From a virus, in the IMG/VR virus record IMGVR_UViG_3300017963_000231, positions 22,829 through 86,828 of that record: a DNA stretch of 64,000 bases; one strand, written 5' to 3'. The position numbers and the translations under genes were made by a program. Under the pieces are notes generated by a model, which was given only the letters and a program-made list of their open reading frames with translations, searched no databases and was not told the DNA's origin. The first letter of the stretch is position 1; the number at the start of each line of letters is the position of its first letter. Below are positions 24,958 to 35,415 of this stretch, one piece after another.

Positions 24958-26744
24958 GTTTATCCAGTGAGGAGCAAGAACTTTTACGCCAGATTGTGGA
25001 GGAGTTCGACGATCACGGTGAGAGTTCTACGCTCGAACTCCTGCTTGGGATGGATTTTGATTACATCCTTCCCGATATGGAGACGTTCCTTCTTGACCCT
25101 TATTACATGGGACAGACCGGAAAATCCATATACCCAAAGCTCCTGGATGATTTAATTGAAATCTTTGAGGACGGCCCATTCATTGAGATCCATCTGACTG
25201 GAGGCATTGGATGGGGAAAGAGCACGATTGCTGAATTTATCATGGCTCGGATGATTGCGGAGTGCTGGGTTTATAAAGATCCGGCTACTGCATTCGGGCT
25301 CATGCCAGGGTCTACGATCTCATTTATGAATATTTCCGTGAGTGAGGGCCAAGCCCGGAGGGTCATTTTCAAGGGGTTATACCAAAAACTTACCAGATCT
25401 CCCTTTTTTCAGGAGTGTTGTCGTCCGGATCCGAAAGTTGTGACGGAACTTCGGTTCCCCAAGAATCTTTGGATGGCTCCTTTGGCTTCGACGGATAATT
25501 CTGCTTTAGGACTCGATATTTGGGGCGGGATCATGGATGAGGCCAATTTTATGGCCGTGGTGGAGAAATCCAAAGCCGCCGGACGGGGGAATAAGCGGTT
25601 TGATCTTGCGGAGAACATCTATTATACCATCCAGCGACGGATGAAGTCTCGATTTATGGAGGCTGGCACTATTCCAGGGAAGCTCGTGATTGTTTCATCC
25701 AAGAATTATCCCAATACTTTCATGGAAAGGCGGATGAAGGAGGTAAGGGATATGGAGGAACAGGGGGTTTTTATACGTGATTATGCCACTTGGGAGCCCA
25801 AACCTTCGAGAATTTATTGTGGGGATACTTTCCCAGTGGAAGTTGGAGATGTGGCCAATGTTTCTCGTATTTTGACCCTGGAGCAAGCGGAAAAGGCCCA
25901 TGGAAAGGTTATTGATGTACCAGTGGAGTTCCGGAAAGACTTCGAGAAGGATATCGATCAGGCTATTCGGGATTTGGCTGGGGTTGCGACGGCTACAATT
26001 AACCCATATTTCAAGGATTTTCGGAAGATTACTACTGCGATTGACTCTCGGAGACATCCATTTACGGCTGAAAGCACTAATTTGCAGGATGGGGCGGGGT
26101 TTATTCAAGATTCGCTTGTGGAAATGGACCCAAGAACCAAGAAAACTATCCCTCGAATATCCCCGACTGAGCCCCGATGGGTGCATGTGGACCCGTCTTT
26201 GTCAGGGGATGCTACGGGAATTGCGATGGGGCATGTGGCCGGTCTTGTGGAGATCGAGAGGAAAGATGACGATACGGAGCGGTGGACTATTGAAGAGGCT
26301 CCGTTGATTTGCATTGATTTTATGCTCCGGGTTGTCCCACCGGTTGGCGGTGAGATTCAGTTTCGGAATGTGAGGCAGTTGGTTTATTCTCTTACTGAGA
26401 TGGGTTTTTTGATCAAGGGGGTATCGGCTGATAGTTATCAATCAGCGGAATCAATGCAACATTACCAGTATCGAGGATATCAGACGGCTCGATTTAGCGT
26501 AGAGCGTGAGGATGCCTATAAATTGCTCAAGGATGCGTTTTACGAAGGTCGGGTGAAGATGTATGAATATCCACCGGTGATCGGTGAATTAAGGCAGTTG
26601 GAGTTTGATAAATCTTCGGGTAAAATTGATCACCCGGCTGGCGGGACAAAGGATGTTTCTGATGCCGTTTGCGGTGTGGTGGTGGGATTGATGAGGTATA
26701 TGGTCGTGAAAAGTAAAACTAACTTTGGGGTACAGGTGTTTTGA
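24954..26744 (+). CDS. terL: Terminase large subunit
   Basis: GGIGWGKS Walker A, IMDE Walker B, HVDPSLSGDATG and DHP..G.KDVSDA nuclease motifs. Confidence 0.92.
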   Translation: MSLSSEEQELLRQIVEEFDDHGESSTLELLLGMDFDYILPDMETFLLDPYYMGQTGKSIYPKLLDDLIEIFEDGPFIEIHLTGGIGWGKSTIAEFIMARMIAECWVYKDPATAFGLMPGSTISFMNISVSEGQARRVIFKGLYQKLTRSPFFQECCRPDPKVVTELRFPKNLWMAPLASTDNSALGLDIWGGIMDEANFMAVVEKSKAAGRGNKRFDLAENIYYTIQRRMKSRFMEAGTIPGKLVIVSSKNYPNTFMERRMKEVRDMEEQGVFIRDYATWEPKPSRIYCGDTFPVEVGDVANVSRILTLEQAEKAHGKVIDVPVEFRKDFEKDIDQAIRDLAGVATATINPYFKDFRKITTAIDSRRHPFTAESTNLQDGAGFIQDSLVEMDPRTKKTIPRISPTEPRWVHVDPSLSGDATGIAMGHVAGLVEIERKDDDTERWTIEEAPLICIDFMLRVVPPVGGEIQFRNVRQLVYSLTEMGFLIKGVSADSYQSAESMQHYQYRGYQTARFSVEREDAYKLLKDAFYEGRVKMYEYPPVIGELRQLEFDKSSGKIDHPAGGTKDVSDAVCGVVVGLMRYMVVKSKTNFGVQVF

Positions 26745-27046
26745 TGCCTACTTGGGAAGATGAAATAAAGTCTAGAAATCTGGCCCGGAAACTTCGGGAG
26801 CAAGAGGAGGCTCGAAAAGAGGCTCTTGAGGAGACCCGGAAATGCGGCAATTGTGGGGCAGACGTTAAAATGGGGGATAATTTTTGCTGGAAATGTGGCA
26901 ATTCCCTTGAAGGATCCTGGATTAAGGAATGTAAGGGTTGCCATCGGCTTTTCAAAACTATCCGGCCCAAGGATCGGGAGTATTGTAATCGATGTGAAGG
27001 GGAAGCTCGGAAGAAGGCTAATTCAGGTGGGCTTATTCGGTATTAG
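26741..27046 (+). CDS. Double Zn-ribbon protein
   Basis: CGNC, CWKC, CKGC and CNRC. Confidence 0.65.
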   Translation: MMPTWEDEIKSRNLARKLREQEEARKEALEETRKCGNCGADVKMGDNFCWKCGNSLEGSWIKECKGCHRLFKTIRPKDREYCNRCEGEARKKANSGGLIRY

Positions 27047-27055
27047 GAGGCAATT

Positions 27056-28726
27056 ATGGCTGATAAAAAAACAAGACGTGGTTCGAGGGGCGGAAAAAAG
27101 ATCAAAGAGCAGCGGGTTGTGAATCAAGAAGAGGGCGTGGTGGTAAAAGTCCTTGAGTTCGGGGGTGATGACGCTTTGCCGGATCGTGGGGAATCAAAGC
27201 AGTTAACTCCTGATGTGTTCGAGGTAGTCATAAAAGATGGTCAGGCTATTCGACCACTTTATGATCCCCTTCTTTGGGCGACGCTTCTGGAGCAGGATGT
27301 TCGCCTTTTCCGGTGCGTGACGGCCATGGCATTGAATACTGTGGGGTCCGGATGGGAGCTTTCGGCTCGATATGATTCAAAGGAATTTGTGGAGGAGAAC
27401 AAGGAAAACATCAAAAAAGAGCGGGCGGAAATCATGCCTTTGTTCAAGTATCCGAATTCAGAGTATTCCTTTGAGGAAATGATGCAGATGATCAAGACTG
27501 ATGAGGAGGCCGAAGGTCAAGGTTACATGGAGGTGTCTCGGGACAATAAAGGTCAGATCGATGGTCTTTATCATGCTCCCGGTCACACAATCAGGGTTTT
27601 GGCCGAGAAAAAGGGATTTTTGCAGATGAGGACCAATCTCGGGTCGGATTCCTATGTTTTTTCTCCGGGGAAAACGGCTGAGGATAGTATTCAAAAGGTG
27701 TATTTTAAGAATTTCGGGGATAAACGAGCGATTGATAATCGCACGGGGGGTGAAGCTAAGGGCGCTCTTGCTCCGGAATTTCGGGCAAATGAACTCATTC
27801 AGTTCAAAATTTATACTCCTCGGAGCTCATTTTATGGGATTCCGAGAGTAGTAGCGGCGGCTCCTGCCATATCCGGTAATCGACTGGCTCAGTTGCGGAA
27901 TGTTTCGTTCTTTGAGAATGATGCTACTCCCCGGTTGGCAGTTATTGTAGAAGGTGGAAATTTGGATACATCTTCCGTCAAGATGATAGAGAACTTTATT
28001 GAAGCTCGTGGGAAAGGCCCAATGAATTTTGGCAGAGTAATGGTCCTTCAACCGCAATCACAAGAGGCCGTTCCTGGGGCTGAGAGTAAGGCTAAAATCA
28101 CACTGATGCCGCTAACTGTGGGTGTAACGGAGGATGCGAGTTTTACCCGATATCTAGTTTTGAATTCGGAGATGGTTCGTGAGGCATTTGGGATTGGCAA
28201 GATTTTCTTGGGGACGGCTGATGATGTGAATCGAGCTACTGCTTTGACGATGAAGCAAGTGACCATGGAGCAAGTATTTGAGCCTGAAATCAAGAGGTAC
28301 GAGCATAGATTGGATATTACCGTTATGCGTGATCTTGGAGCGAAGTACACGCAACTCAGATTTACCCGGCCCAAGATGACGGACCTTTCTTCGGATGCTC
28401 AGGCTTACGGGGTTCTTGCGGCGGCTGGGGGAATTACGCCTAATGACATCAAGGAACTTCTTGGCCAGGATCCATTTGCGGCAGAGTGGGGTAATACTCC
28501 AATTCCTCTTATTAAGATGGGTCTTTTGGAAGGCCGCGAAGTTCCGGCTGATTTCGCGGATGGTCCTGATAGTGGTGGGGAGGGTAATGCCTCAATCGAG
28601 CAAGAAATTGCACGAGCTACCAAGTTGTTTGGGGAAGCTACGGGGTTTTCCGGAACTTTGGATCTAATAGCTAATGGTGATCCTCAAGAAGTGGTGCATA
28701 AGTTACGGGCATTAGTGGAAAAGTAG
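27056..28726 (+). CDS. Portal protein
   Basis: G.GYMEV.R, FYGIP, FFEN.ATP and ITPNDIKE motifs; position after TerL. Confidence 0.92.
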   Translation: MADKKTRRGSRGGKKIKEQRVVNQEEGVVVKVLEFGGDDALPDRGESKQLTPDVFEVVIKDGQAIRPLYDPLLWATLLEQDVRLFRCVTAMALNTVGSGWELSARYDSKEFVEENKENIKKERAEIMPLFKYPNSEYSFEEMMQMIKTDEEAEGQGYMEVSRDNKGQIDGLYHAPGHTIRVLAEKKGFLQMRTNLGSDSYVFSPGKTAEDSIQKVYFKNFGDKRAIDNRTGGEAKGALAPEFRANELIQFKIYTPRSSFYGIPRVVAAAPAISGNRLAQLRNVSFFENDATPRLAVIVEGGNLDTSSVKMIENFIEARGKGPMNFGRVMVLQPQSQEAVPGAESKAKITLMPLTVGVTEDASFTRYLVLNSEMVREAFGIGKIFLGTADDVNRATALTMKQVTMEQVFEPEIKRYEHRLDITVMRDLGAKYTQLRFTRPKMTDLSSDAQAYGVLAAAGGITPNDIKELLGQDPFAAEWGNTPIPLIKMGLLEGREVPADFADGPDSGGEGNASIEQEIARATKLFGEATGFSGTLDLIANGDPQEVVHKLRALVEK

Positions 28727-28729
28727 CAC

Positions 28730-28758
28730 TTGACAAGTCGGTATATTTATGTTTTACT
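28730..28758 (+). promoter_or_regulatory. sigma70-type promoter
   Basis: TTGACA-17 nt-TTTACT. Confidence 0.55.
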
Positions 28759-28806
28759 CAATAATGAAAGGTTGAAGGGCCTTTCCAACCAAAGGAGGAT
28801 AAAGAC

Positions 28807-28980
28807 ATGGCAAAGAATCAAGCGGGATTGACTGGACCAATCGGTGGGACTGCCAAGCGGACTTCTGCGGTGATCGACACTGGAAAGCAGAATAACGATC
28901 CGATGGCTTCTCCGGATTCCAAATCCAGCATGAAAACTCCCAATCTGACTGCTCGCAAGCAACGCCGGATGGCAGAGTAA
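28807..28980 (+). CDS. Small basic protein (57 aa, not in the track)
   Basis: RBS AGGAGG; MAKNQAGLTGPIGG... Confidence 0.65.
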   Translation: MAKNQAGLTGPIGGTAKRTSAVIDTGKQNNDPMASPDSKSSMKTPNLTARKQRRMAE

Positions 28981-28993
28981 GGGGGGCGGGGCC

Positions 28994-29191
28994 ATGGCCC
29001 GTAGGAATGATAAGTTCCTGCGTCAAGCAACGGAAGCTATTGCTTCTAATGCCAAACCGGGTTTCCATGGCGAAGTCACCGTCCAGGTGAAAATTCAGAA
29101 TGGGGTTATCCAGAGTGGTCATGTAGAGAAGTCTACTCGGGTGTCCCGGCAAGGGAACACTACGTTAGTAGAAAAGATCAAACTGGATTGA
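28994..29191 (+). CDS. Small protein (DUF2292-like)
   Basis: FHGEVTVQVKIQNGVI pattern. Confidence 0.55.
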   Translation: MARRNDKFLRQATEAIASNAKPGFHGEVTVQVKIQNGVIQSGHVEKSTRVSRQGNTTLVEKIKLD

Positions 29192-29227
29192 GCTAGTCGG
29201 TATTAGCCGGGCCTCATGGTATCAGGC

Positions 29228-29267
29228 AAGCCGCTAAGGGGTTATTATGCCCTTTAGCGGCTTTTTT
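29228..29267 (+). terminator. Intrinsic terminator
   Basis: AAGCCGCTAAGGGG / CCCTTTAGCGGCTT stem followed by a T run. Confidence 0.8.
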
Positions 29268-29281
29268 ATTTGGGGGTCAAT

Positions 29282-32200
29282 ATGGAGCTTGATAAATCCT
29301 TTGAATTCGGGTTAACGGTTTGTAAGGCCCGGAGGGATGAAGAGGGCCGGATGATTGTTACGGGTTATGGTTCTGATACCATGACTGATGGGCATAAAGA
29401 GAAGTTTGATACTCACGCCATTAAGGGAATGCTGGATGCAGTTCGGAACGGCGTTCCTCTCATGACTTCACACAAGGATTCGTTTGGGTTTGGAGAATCG
29501 TTCGATGGTCGGATTGTTCCCCTGGATAGCGGGGAGGTCGGGCTTGAGGTTGATTTTCTTTTGAAAGAGAAGTACCCGCAAGCGACGGATCTTTTTGAGG
29601 CTATTCAAAGCGGAAAGTGTGATCAGCAACTTTCCGTTGGCGGGAAATTGAATATGTCCAATCCTCGGGCCGCTTACCTTCTTAGGGACGGTACTAAGGT
29701 ACTTCATGATTTTGATTTGGATCATTTTTGCACGACTCGGCCTAAAAAGGCGGCGAATCCTCGAACTCATTTTAAGGCCGCAATGTTTGAATCCCTGGAA
29801 AAGGATGGGATGACCGATGAGGTCTGGAAAACATTGGAGGTAGATGATTCTGAGGCTGAAAGGCTGGCTCAGGTGGGGGGAAGCATCGAGAAATTTCTGA
29901 TGCTCAGTCCTTCCATGGATTCGCCTATGACGGGGAGTGTTAATCGGGAAGATGATCCGCTTGGCGGTAATGACAGGTCTTTTGAGGATTTGCCGTCGTT
30001 TAAGCAAATGCGTGATGCTGGGTACAATGCTTACCACGTTCCGCTTTATTGGGAGGGTCATCCCGTTCAACTGGCGATGCGTGATGTTCGGATGGATCGG
30101 AAAAAGTGCTTGGAGAATGTCGGGCGGTATAAATTCGATGAGATTGAACCGATGGTACGAGCCAGTGGGGTAAAAAACCCGGTGGTAGATAGTAAAGGGA
30201 TGATTTCTCTTTACGGCGATTATAGTAATGTCGGGAATATGGATGATCGACCGGTCGGTAAAGATCCTACGGGAAAACGGGCCGTTCGGTATTATCGAAT
30301 GTTCCCGTCGGCAATAAACAATGACGGTGAACTGGAATATGATGATCTTGGGCGACTGAAAGGTGGCGGATTCTTGTTCATGAAGGATGGGCGAAAAGTC
30401 CCCGGTGAGGATGATTACTCCCCCTTCTGGAGAGTTCCTTCCATGACGGAAGCACAAGTCTTGATCCCGGATGCCGTGGCCAAATTGGCGGAAACCACTG
30501 AAAAGTCTGATCTTGAGGATACGGTGGAGAAGAGCATTAATCTTACCCGAACTTTGCTTATGCCCTTGTCCCTGCGGAAAATCAAGCTCAGGACTAAACC
30601 CACGGATGACCATTCTCATGAGTTGAGGCTTTTCCTTGATTCCTCTGGCAAGGTAGTTGACGGATATACCTTTGACGGCGGATCATCCTTTGCTCATGGC
30701 CGGAGGGCTCAGGCTACTCAGGATATGAATGACCGTGAATCGTTCCGGCTTCGCCATGACCACGTTCATATCGTAGTGTTTACGGGAGGCAAGGCCGTTC
30801 TTGCCGAAGCCTTGGGGCATACTCATGAGTACGAGTTGCCTGAAATGGAAAAGGAGACAAGCGAAATGGAGTTTCACAAAGAGAAGGTACGGCATAGGAC
30901 CGTGAATAGCGGCGGCTACTTTGCCGTGGGCGAGAAGGGCATTGGAGCGGAGGTCTATGAGGAAGCTCCTAAATCCGCTGATCTTACTCAGACGGGTCAA
31001 AGTTCCTATGCACTTCTCTTGGAGAGTGAACACGGACAGCACATTCGCCAGCTTGGGAAGATTTCCAGGGCAGAGGCTCAGAAGATGGCTCTTGGGGCCG
31101 TCAAGCCTGAAGGTGGGAAAGTGGTAGTTGGTCGGTCGATTGGCCGTCTCAATAATCGCAATCTCTACCGGATGCTTTCAGAGTTCTCTCCGGCGGACGG
31201 GAAAGAGGAGGCTGAAAAGGCGGTGCCTTTCCGGTCTTACCCACTTTCGGGTAACCGGCGGTGGTCTTTTACGGCGAATGAAGGGAATGCGATTCTCAAT
31301 CAGTTCGGCGGTGAGGATTCAGAAAGAGCGTGGAAGGCTTACGAGAATGCTCATGCGTGGTACAACTCGGATGCTGGTAATGGTACTCCTCGAACTAAGG
31401 GAGCCTATGCTTTGCCTCATCACAAGCTGGAAGATGGTTCTATGCGAACCTTCCCCGGCGGTGTGATTGCGGCTATGGCGGCTTTGAATGGTGCGAGAGG
31501 CGGTGTTACTCGCATTCCGGCGAATGAGAGGCAAGGGGTTTATAACCATCTTTCTCAGCACTATCGTCAAATGGATATGACTCCCCCGGATTTGCGGGGA
31601 GCCAAGGAAGGTTATAAGGAAGATATCGGGGTTGGCGAGACTGACTCTGAGTATCTGGATCAATTCATCAATTTCCATAAGGAGCAAGGAGTAGATCTTG
31701 ATTGGCTTCCTGCTTTTATGGATGAGTTTTCAAAAAGTGAAGAGGAGGTAGACAAGATGGGCGGTGAGGAAAAGAAAAAGGATGAGACCACTGCTCCTCC
31801 CGTAGAGGAGACTGCGGTGGACGAAACTACGGATGATAAGGAAACTGAGGCTCCGAAAGAGGAAGCCAAGCAAGAGGAAACCGTGGAAACCAAGACTGAT
31901 ACCGGACTTCTGGAGAAGTTTATGGTGGGTCTTGGGCTGAAAAAGGCTCCCAATCCGAAGGTTGAGCGCACACTGACTCTGATGGAATCGGCTCAAGATG
32001 CTCTTGAGGGCGTGGAAATCGGGGAAGATGATGCCGCTCCCTTGATCGGACAAATGGCCAAGCTCGTTTCCATGGTCAAGGCCGGGGTAGAGGCGGGAAA
32101 GATCGACCTGGATGATCTTCCTGCTCGCGATGCTCGGTTGCTCAAGGCGTTCCTGGATGGGAATCCGGTGGAGGCTCCGAAAGAGGCTCCGAAACCTACT

Positions 32201-32653
32201 CCCAAAGAAGAGGAGCCCGAAGAAACCGATGAGAAAGCGGAATCTGCGGAGATCGATTACGATAAATTGGCCGATAAATTGGCTGAGAAGTTCGATCTCA
32301 AGCCGAAAGAAGCGGGTGAGGATGCCGGTGATGCTCCCAAGGAAGAGGAAGCTCCCGAGGATTCTCAAGATGAGGATAAAGAGGAGGAGACGGATACCAA
32401 AGAGAAGTCCGCTCCGGAAGATACTGGAACAGTTGAGAAATCTGAGCAGGACGATGCTCTTGCCCAAATACTCAACGGTCTCAATGATCTTTCGAGCCGG
32501 ATTGAGAAGGTTGAGAATGTCTCCGGTGTGAGCAAGTCTTTGGACGGCCAGGAAGGTGGCAAAAAGAAACCCGGTAAGGGTATCTTCTCAGGAGCCATCC
32601 CCCACGTTCACAAGGCTCGCCAGATTCAGGAAGCCAAAAAGCAGGGCAAGTAA
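29282..32653 (+). CDS. Multidomain prohead protease / scaffold protein
   Basis: N-terminal HK97-type protease motifs (H, QLSVGG, PAN-like AANP); acidic C-terminal scaffold; between portal and capsid. Confidence 0.82.
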   Translation: MELDKSFEFGLTVCKARRDEEGRMIVTGYGSDTMTDGHKEKFDTHAIKGMLDAVRNGVPLMTSHKDSFGFGESFDGRIVPLDSGEVGLEVDFLLKEKYPQATDLFEAIQSGKCDQQLSVGGKLNMSNPRAAYLLRDGTKVLHDFDLDHFCTTRPKKAANPRTHFKAAMFESLEKDGMTDEVWKTLEVDDSEAERLAQVGGSIEKFLMLSPSMDSPMTGSVNREDDPLGGNDRSFEDLPSFKQMRDAGYNAYHVPLYWEGHPVQLAMRDVRMDRKKCLENVGRYKFDEIEPMVRASGVKNPVVDSKGMISLYGDYSNVGNMDDRPVGKDPTGKRAVRYYRMFPSAINNDGELEYDDLGRLKGGGFLFMKDGRKVPGEDDYSPFWRVPSMTEAQVLIPDAVAKLAETTEKSDLEDTVEKSINLTRTLLMPLSLRKIKLRTKPTDDHSHELRLFLDSSGKVVDGYTFDGGSSFAHGRRAQATQDMNDRESFRLRHDHVHIVVFTGGKAVLAEALGHTHEYELPEMEKETSEMEFHKEKVRHRTVNSGGYFAVGEKGIGAEVYEEAPKSADLTQTGQSSYALLLESEHGQHIRQLGKISRAEAQKMALGAVKPEGGKVVVGRSIGRLNNRNLYRMLSEFSPADGKEEAEKAVPFRSYPLSGNRRWSFTANEGNAILNQFGGEDSERAWKAYENAHAWYNSDAGNGTPRTKGAYALPHHKLEDGSMRTFPGGVIAAMAALNGARGGVTRIPANERQGVYNHLSQHYRQMDMTPPDLRGAKEGYKEDIGVGETDSEYLDQFINFHKEQGVDLDWLPAFMDEFSKSEEEVDKMGGEEKKKDETTAPPVEETAVDETTDDKETEAPKEEAKQEETVETKTDTGLLEKFMVGLGLKKAPNPKVERTLTLMESAQDALEGVEIGEDDAAPLIGQMAKLVSMVKAGVEAGKIDLDDLPARDARLLKAFLDGNPVEAPKEAPKPTPKEEEPEETDEKAESAEIDYDKLADKLAEKFDLKPKEAGEDAGDAPKEEEAPEDSQDEDKEEETDTKEKSAPEDTGTVEKSEQDDALAQILNGLNDLSSRIEKVENVSGVSKSLDGQEGGKKKPGKGIFSGAIPHVHKARQIQEAKKQGK

Positions 32654-32684
32654 CCCTGGACAAATAAAGTAGGAGGAAAAAATC

Positions 32685-33986
32685 ATGTCGATTAACGAAG
32701 AACTCATTGAAAAAACTCTTGAAAGCGGCGATTTTTTTGCCGGTGGGGAGATTAACCCTACTCAGCAAGCGGAATTCGTTCGGCTGGTCAAGGATTTTTC
32801 GGTAATGTTGAGCATGGTCCGTTTTGTGGATATGCCGACTAAACGTTATCTCATTGACAAGATCCATCTTGGGGAGCCCATCACGCGGGGTATTGCGGAG
32901 AATACCAATGCGATGACCAACCTGATTTCCCCGAAGATGAATCAGATCGAGCTTACCACGAGCAAGATCAAGACTGCTTATGCCATCACCACTGAGGCCC
33001 TTCAGGTTGCCCTTAATCAGGAGGATCTTGAGGATACTGTGCTGGAAATGGTGACTAAGCGGTATTCAACTGACGTGGAGATTCTCGCCATTTCGGGCGA
33101 TGACACCGTGACCGGTACTACTCCTTACGATGAACTGATCAAGGTTCTCGATGGATGGGACAAGATCACTGATGACGCTCAGGTGGTGGATGCCGCTGGC
33201 GCAACCATTTCCAAGGCGGTGTTCACTGAGGCTCTGCGGACCATGCCTCAGCAATATCTCCAGGATCCTGATCTTCGGTTCCTGATGTCCAGGATGACCA
33301 ATATCGATTGGATGGATGAGATTGCGGATCGGGAAACGTCCTTGGGTGATGCGGCTTACCGGGGTGACGCGGCTGGTATGATGGGTGTTCCGGCTTCCAT
33401 CGTTCCTCTGATCCCCTCGAACAAGCCCGTTGCCGTGGCGGCGGCTACTCCAGCTATCGTGGTCGGCGCTCAGTATGGTCCTTTTGAGATTGTCACTGGA
33501 TCGAATGATCTGATCAACCTGGATATCGACAATGCCGGTGCCCACGAAGTTACCCTGACTCAAGGGGTGTGGGAGGCTATCCGGATTGCGGCCCAACTCA
33601 ACGCGGATGCTACTTTTGCGGCTAATGGCCTTGTGGCTTCTGACAATGATGGGCGGCTTCAACTGGCCTCTTCGACTACGGGTGCGACTTCGGAGATTGA
33701 TATCCAGGCGACTTCAACTCCGGGACAGTCGGCTTATGCCGCGCTCGGTTTGACCATTGCCGCTACTACGGGTGCCGCCGCTGGTTCGGGTTCTCTTAAT
33801 GAGGGAACTCTCATTTGGCTGGCCAACCCGATGAACTTCATCTTCGGGATGCTGGATTCGACTCGCGTATTCTCCGAGTTCAACAAGGATTATGATCGTG
33901 TTGAGGTCGTGATGTATAACGAGGTTGCGGTACAAGTGGAAAATCTGGAATCCATCGTGAAGGTCACGAATATCGCCCGCAAGTAA
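32685..33986 (+). CDS. Major capsid protein
   Basis: GEINPTQQAEFVRLV...DVEILAISGD pattern; strong RBS; position. Confidence 0.88.
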   Translation: MSINEELIEKTLESGDFFAGGEINPTQQAEFVRLVKDFSVMLSMVRFVDMPTKRYLIDKIHLGEPITRGIAENTNAMTNLISPKMNQIELTTSKIKTAYAITTEALQVALNQEDLEDTVLEMVTKRYSTDVEILAISGDDTVTGTTPYDELIKVLDGWDKITDDAQVVDAAGATISKAVFTEALRTMPQQYLQDPDLRFLMSRMTNIDWMDEIADRETSLGDAAYRGDAAGMMGVPASIVPLIPSNKPVAVAAATPAIVVGAQYGPFEIVTGSNDLINLDIDNAGAHEVTLTQGVWEAIRIAAQLNADATFAANGLVASDNDGRLQLASSTTGATSEIDIQATSTPGQSAYAALGLTIAATTGAAAGSGSLNEGTLIWLANPMNFIFGMLDSTRVFSEFNKDYDRVEVVMYNEVAVQVENLESIVKVTNIARK

Positions 33987-34010
33987 GCGGACGATGATTA
34001 GGGGGTAGTC

Positions 34011-34466
34011 ATGGCGAAATTTGATCTAGTGATGGATCAGAGCAAACGAGTGGCTTGCCCGTCCGGTCGAAAGTATTACTTTGTCGCCGGGTATCCGCTG
34101 GATATTCTGGACGATGGGGATAAGGAATTTTTGAGAGGCCAACCGGATTTTTTTCTGGAAGTGGCTGATCAAGGTAAAGTTCCGGCTACACCGGATAAGG
34201 AGGAGGGGTCTCCCCCGCAATCGGCCCCTCCTCCTGCCCCTAAAAAGGGGAAGGCGGCTAAACCCAAAAAGAAAAAGAGGACTTATGACCTGGATAAGCT
34301 GGATGCTGATCGGGTTATCGAAGATGAACTTCTAGCGAAGAATTCTGATGGTCCTTGGAATTGCCCGATCTGCGGACGCAAGAATATCAAGACTAAAAGT
34401 GGGTTGCGGGCTCATGTAGGGTCTACTAAATGTGTGGAAGCGGCGAGGGAAAAGCTAAGTGAGTAA
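34011..34466 (+). CDS. Head-associated hypothetical protein with C-terminal Zn finger
   Basis: CPICG...LRAH...C. Confidence 0.65.
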   Translation: MAKFDLVMDQSKRVACPSGRKYYFVAGYPLDILDDGDKEFLRGQPDFFLEVADQGKVPATPDKEEGSPPQSAPPPAPKKGKAAKPKKKKRTYDLDKLDADRVIEDELLAKNSDGPWNCPICGRKNIKTKSGLRAHVGSTKCVEAAREKLSE

Positions 34467-35415
34467 GTACATGACATTGGCGAGACTCCGGGGGTTGGGT
34501 ATTACGGTTGCCCAACTCTCGGATGCTCTTGCTTTAGAGCTTATCAAGAATGTGTCGGATTCTCTTGATGCGCTTACTCAGCAAGTTTTCTCTCCTCAGC
34601 TTGAGATTCATCGGACAGATGGGAATAAAAGCCGGTTGACCCATCATCGTAGCTTGCTTCCGATATTGAAGGTGTTTTCGCTCAATGTGGATGTGGATAA
34701 GAATCGATCTAACTATTGGGATGAACATAGGTACATTTTCGGAAGGAATCTGCAAAACGGTAGTTATGACTTGACGCGGTATGAAATATCTTCGGATACC
34801 AAGTATCGGCTTCTTTCACTTTTGGCGGGAGAGTTTCCGCTTGGGGTTGAGAATGTTCTTATTAATGGGGTATTCGGGTTTCTCGAAAATCGGAAGGCAT
34901 TTCAGACCGAATTAAGTGCGGAATTGGCGATGGGGGATACGGTAGTGTCAGTGGCGGAAACGTCTAATAGCACTGGACGTATCGAGGTTGGCGATTTTGT
35001 ATTGGTTGAGATTGAGGCGGCTACGGGTGAGGCTCCGGCTCTTACCTATGTCGATATTGTTCAATCTATATCTGCAACTAACCTGACCGTTGATGCCGTG
35101 CAAGATCAGGCCGGTCTCCCCGTAGCCGTGGGAGTAAAAGTCTACTCATTCGGGGCTTTTCCAGGTCCGTTGGTAGAGGTAATGGATGCTTTACTACTTC
35201 GGGCTTGGGATGATTCACCTTGGAATCCAAATGGTTCGGGAAGTACAGATAAACGATTGCTGAGTGAAAAAGTCGATAATTATAGCTATCAACTGGAATC
35301 GGAATCAGTAGCGGCAAGTCGGGCCGGGGGTTACGGTCTAATAACTGGTAGTGTGAGGTTGGATAAAGTGCTCCAACAATATTGCCGTCCTGGGGGGTTT
35401 GTGGGGTATGTCTAG
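34459..35415 (+). CDS. Head-tail adaptor
   Basis: SEKVDNYSY...DKVLQQY C-terminal motif; position. Confidence 0.7.
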   Translation: MSKYMTLARLRGLGITVAQLSDALALELIKNVSDSLDALTQQVFSPQLEIHRTDGNKSRLTHHRSLLPILKVFSLNVDVDKNRSNYWDEHRYIFGRNLQNGSYDLTRYEISSDTKYRLLSLLAGEFPLGVENVLINGVFGFLENRKAFQTELSAELAMGDTVVSVAETSNSTGRIEVGDFVLVEIEAATGEAPALTYVDIVQSISATNLTVDAVQDQAGLPVAVGVKVYSFGAFPGPLVEVMDALLLRAWDDSPWNPNGSGSTDKRLLSEKVDNYSYQLESESVAASRAGGYGLITGSVRLDKVLQQYCRPGGFVGYV

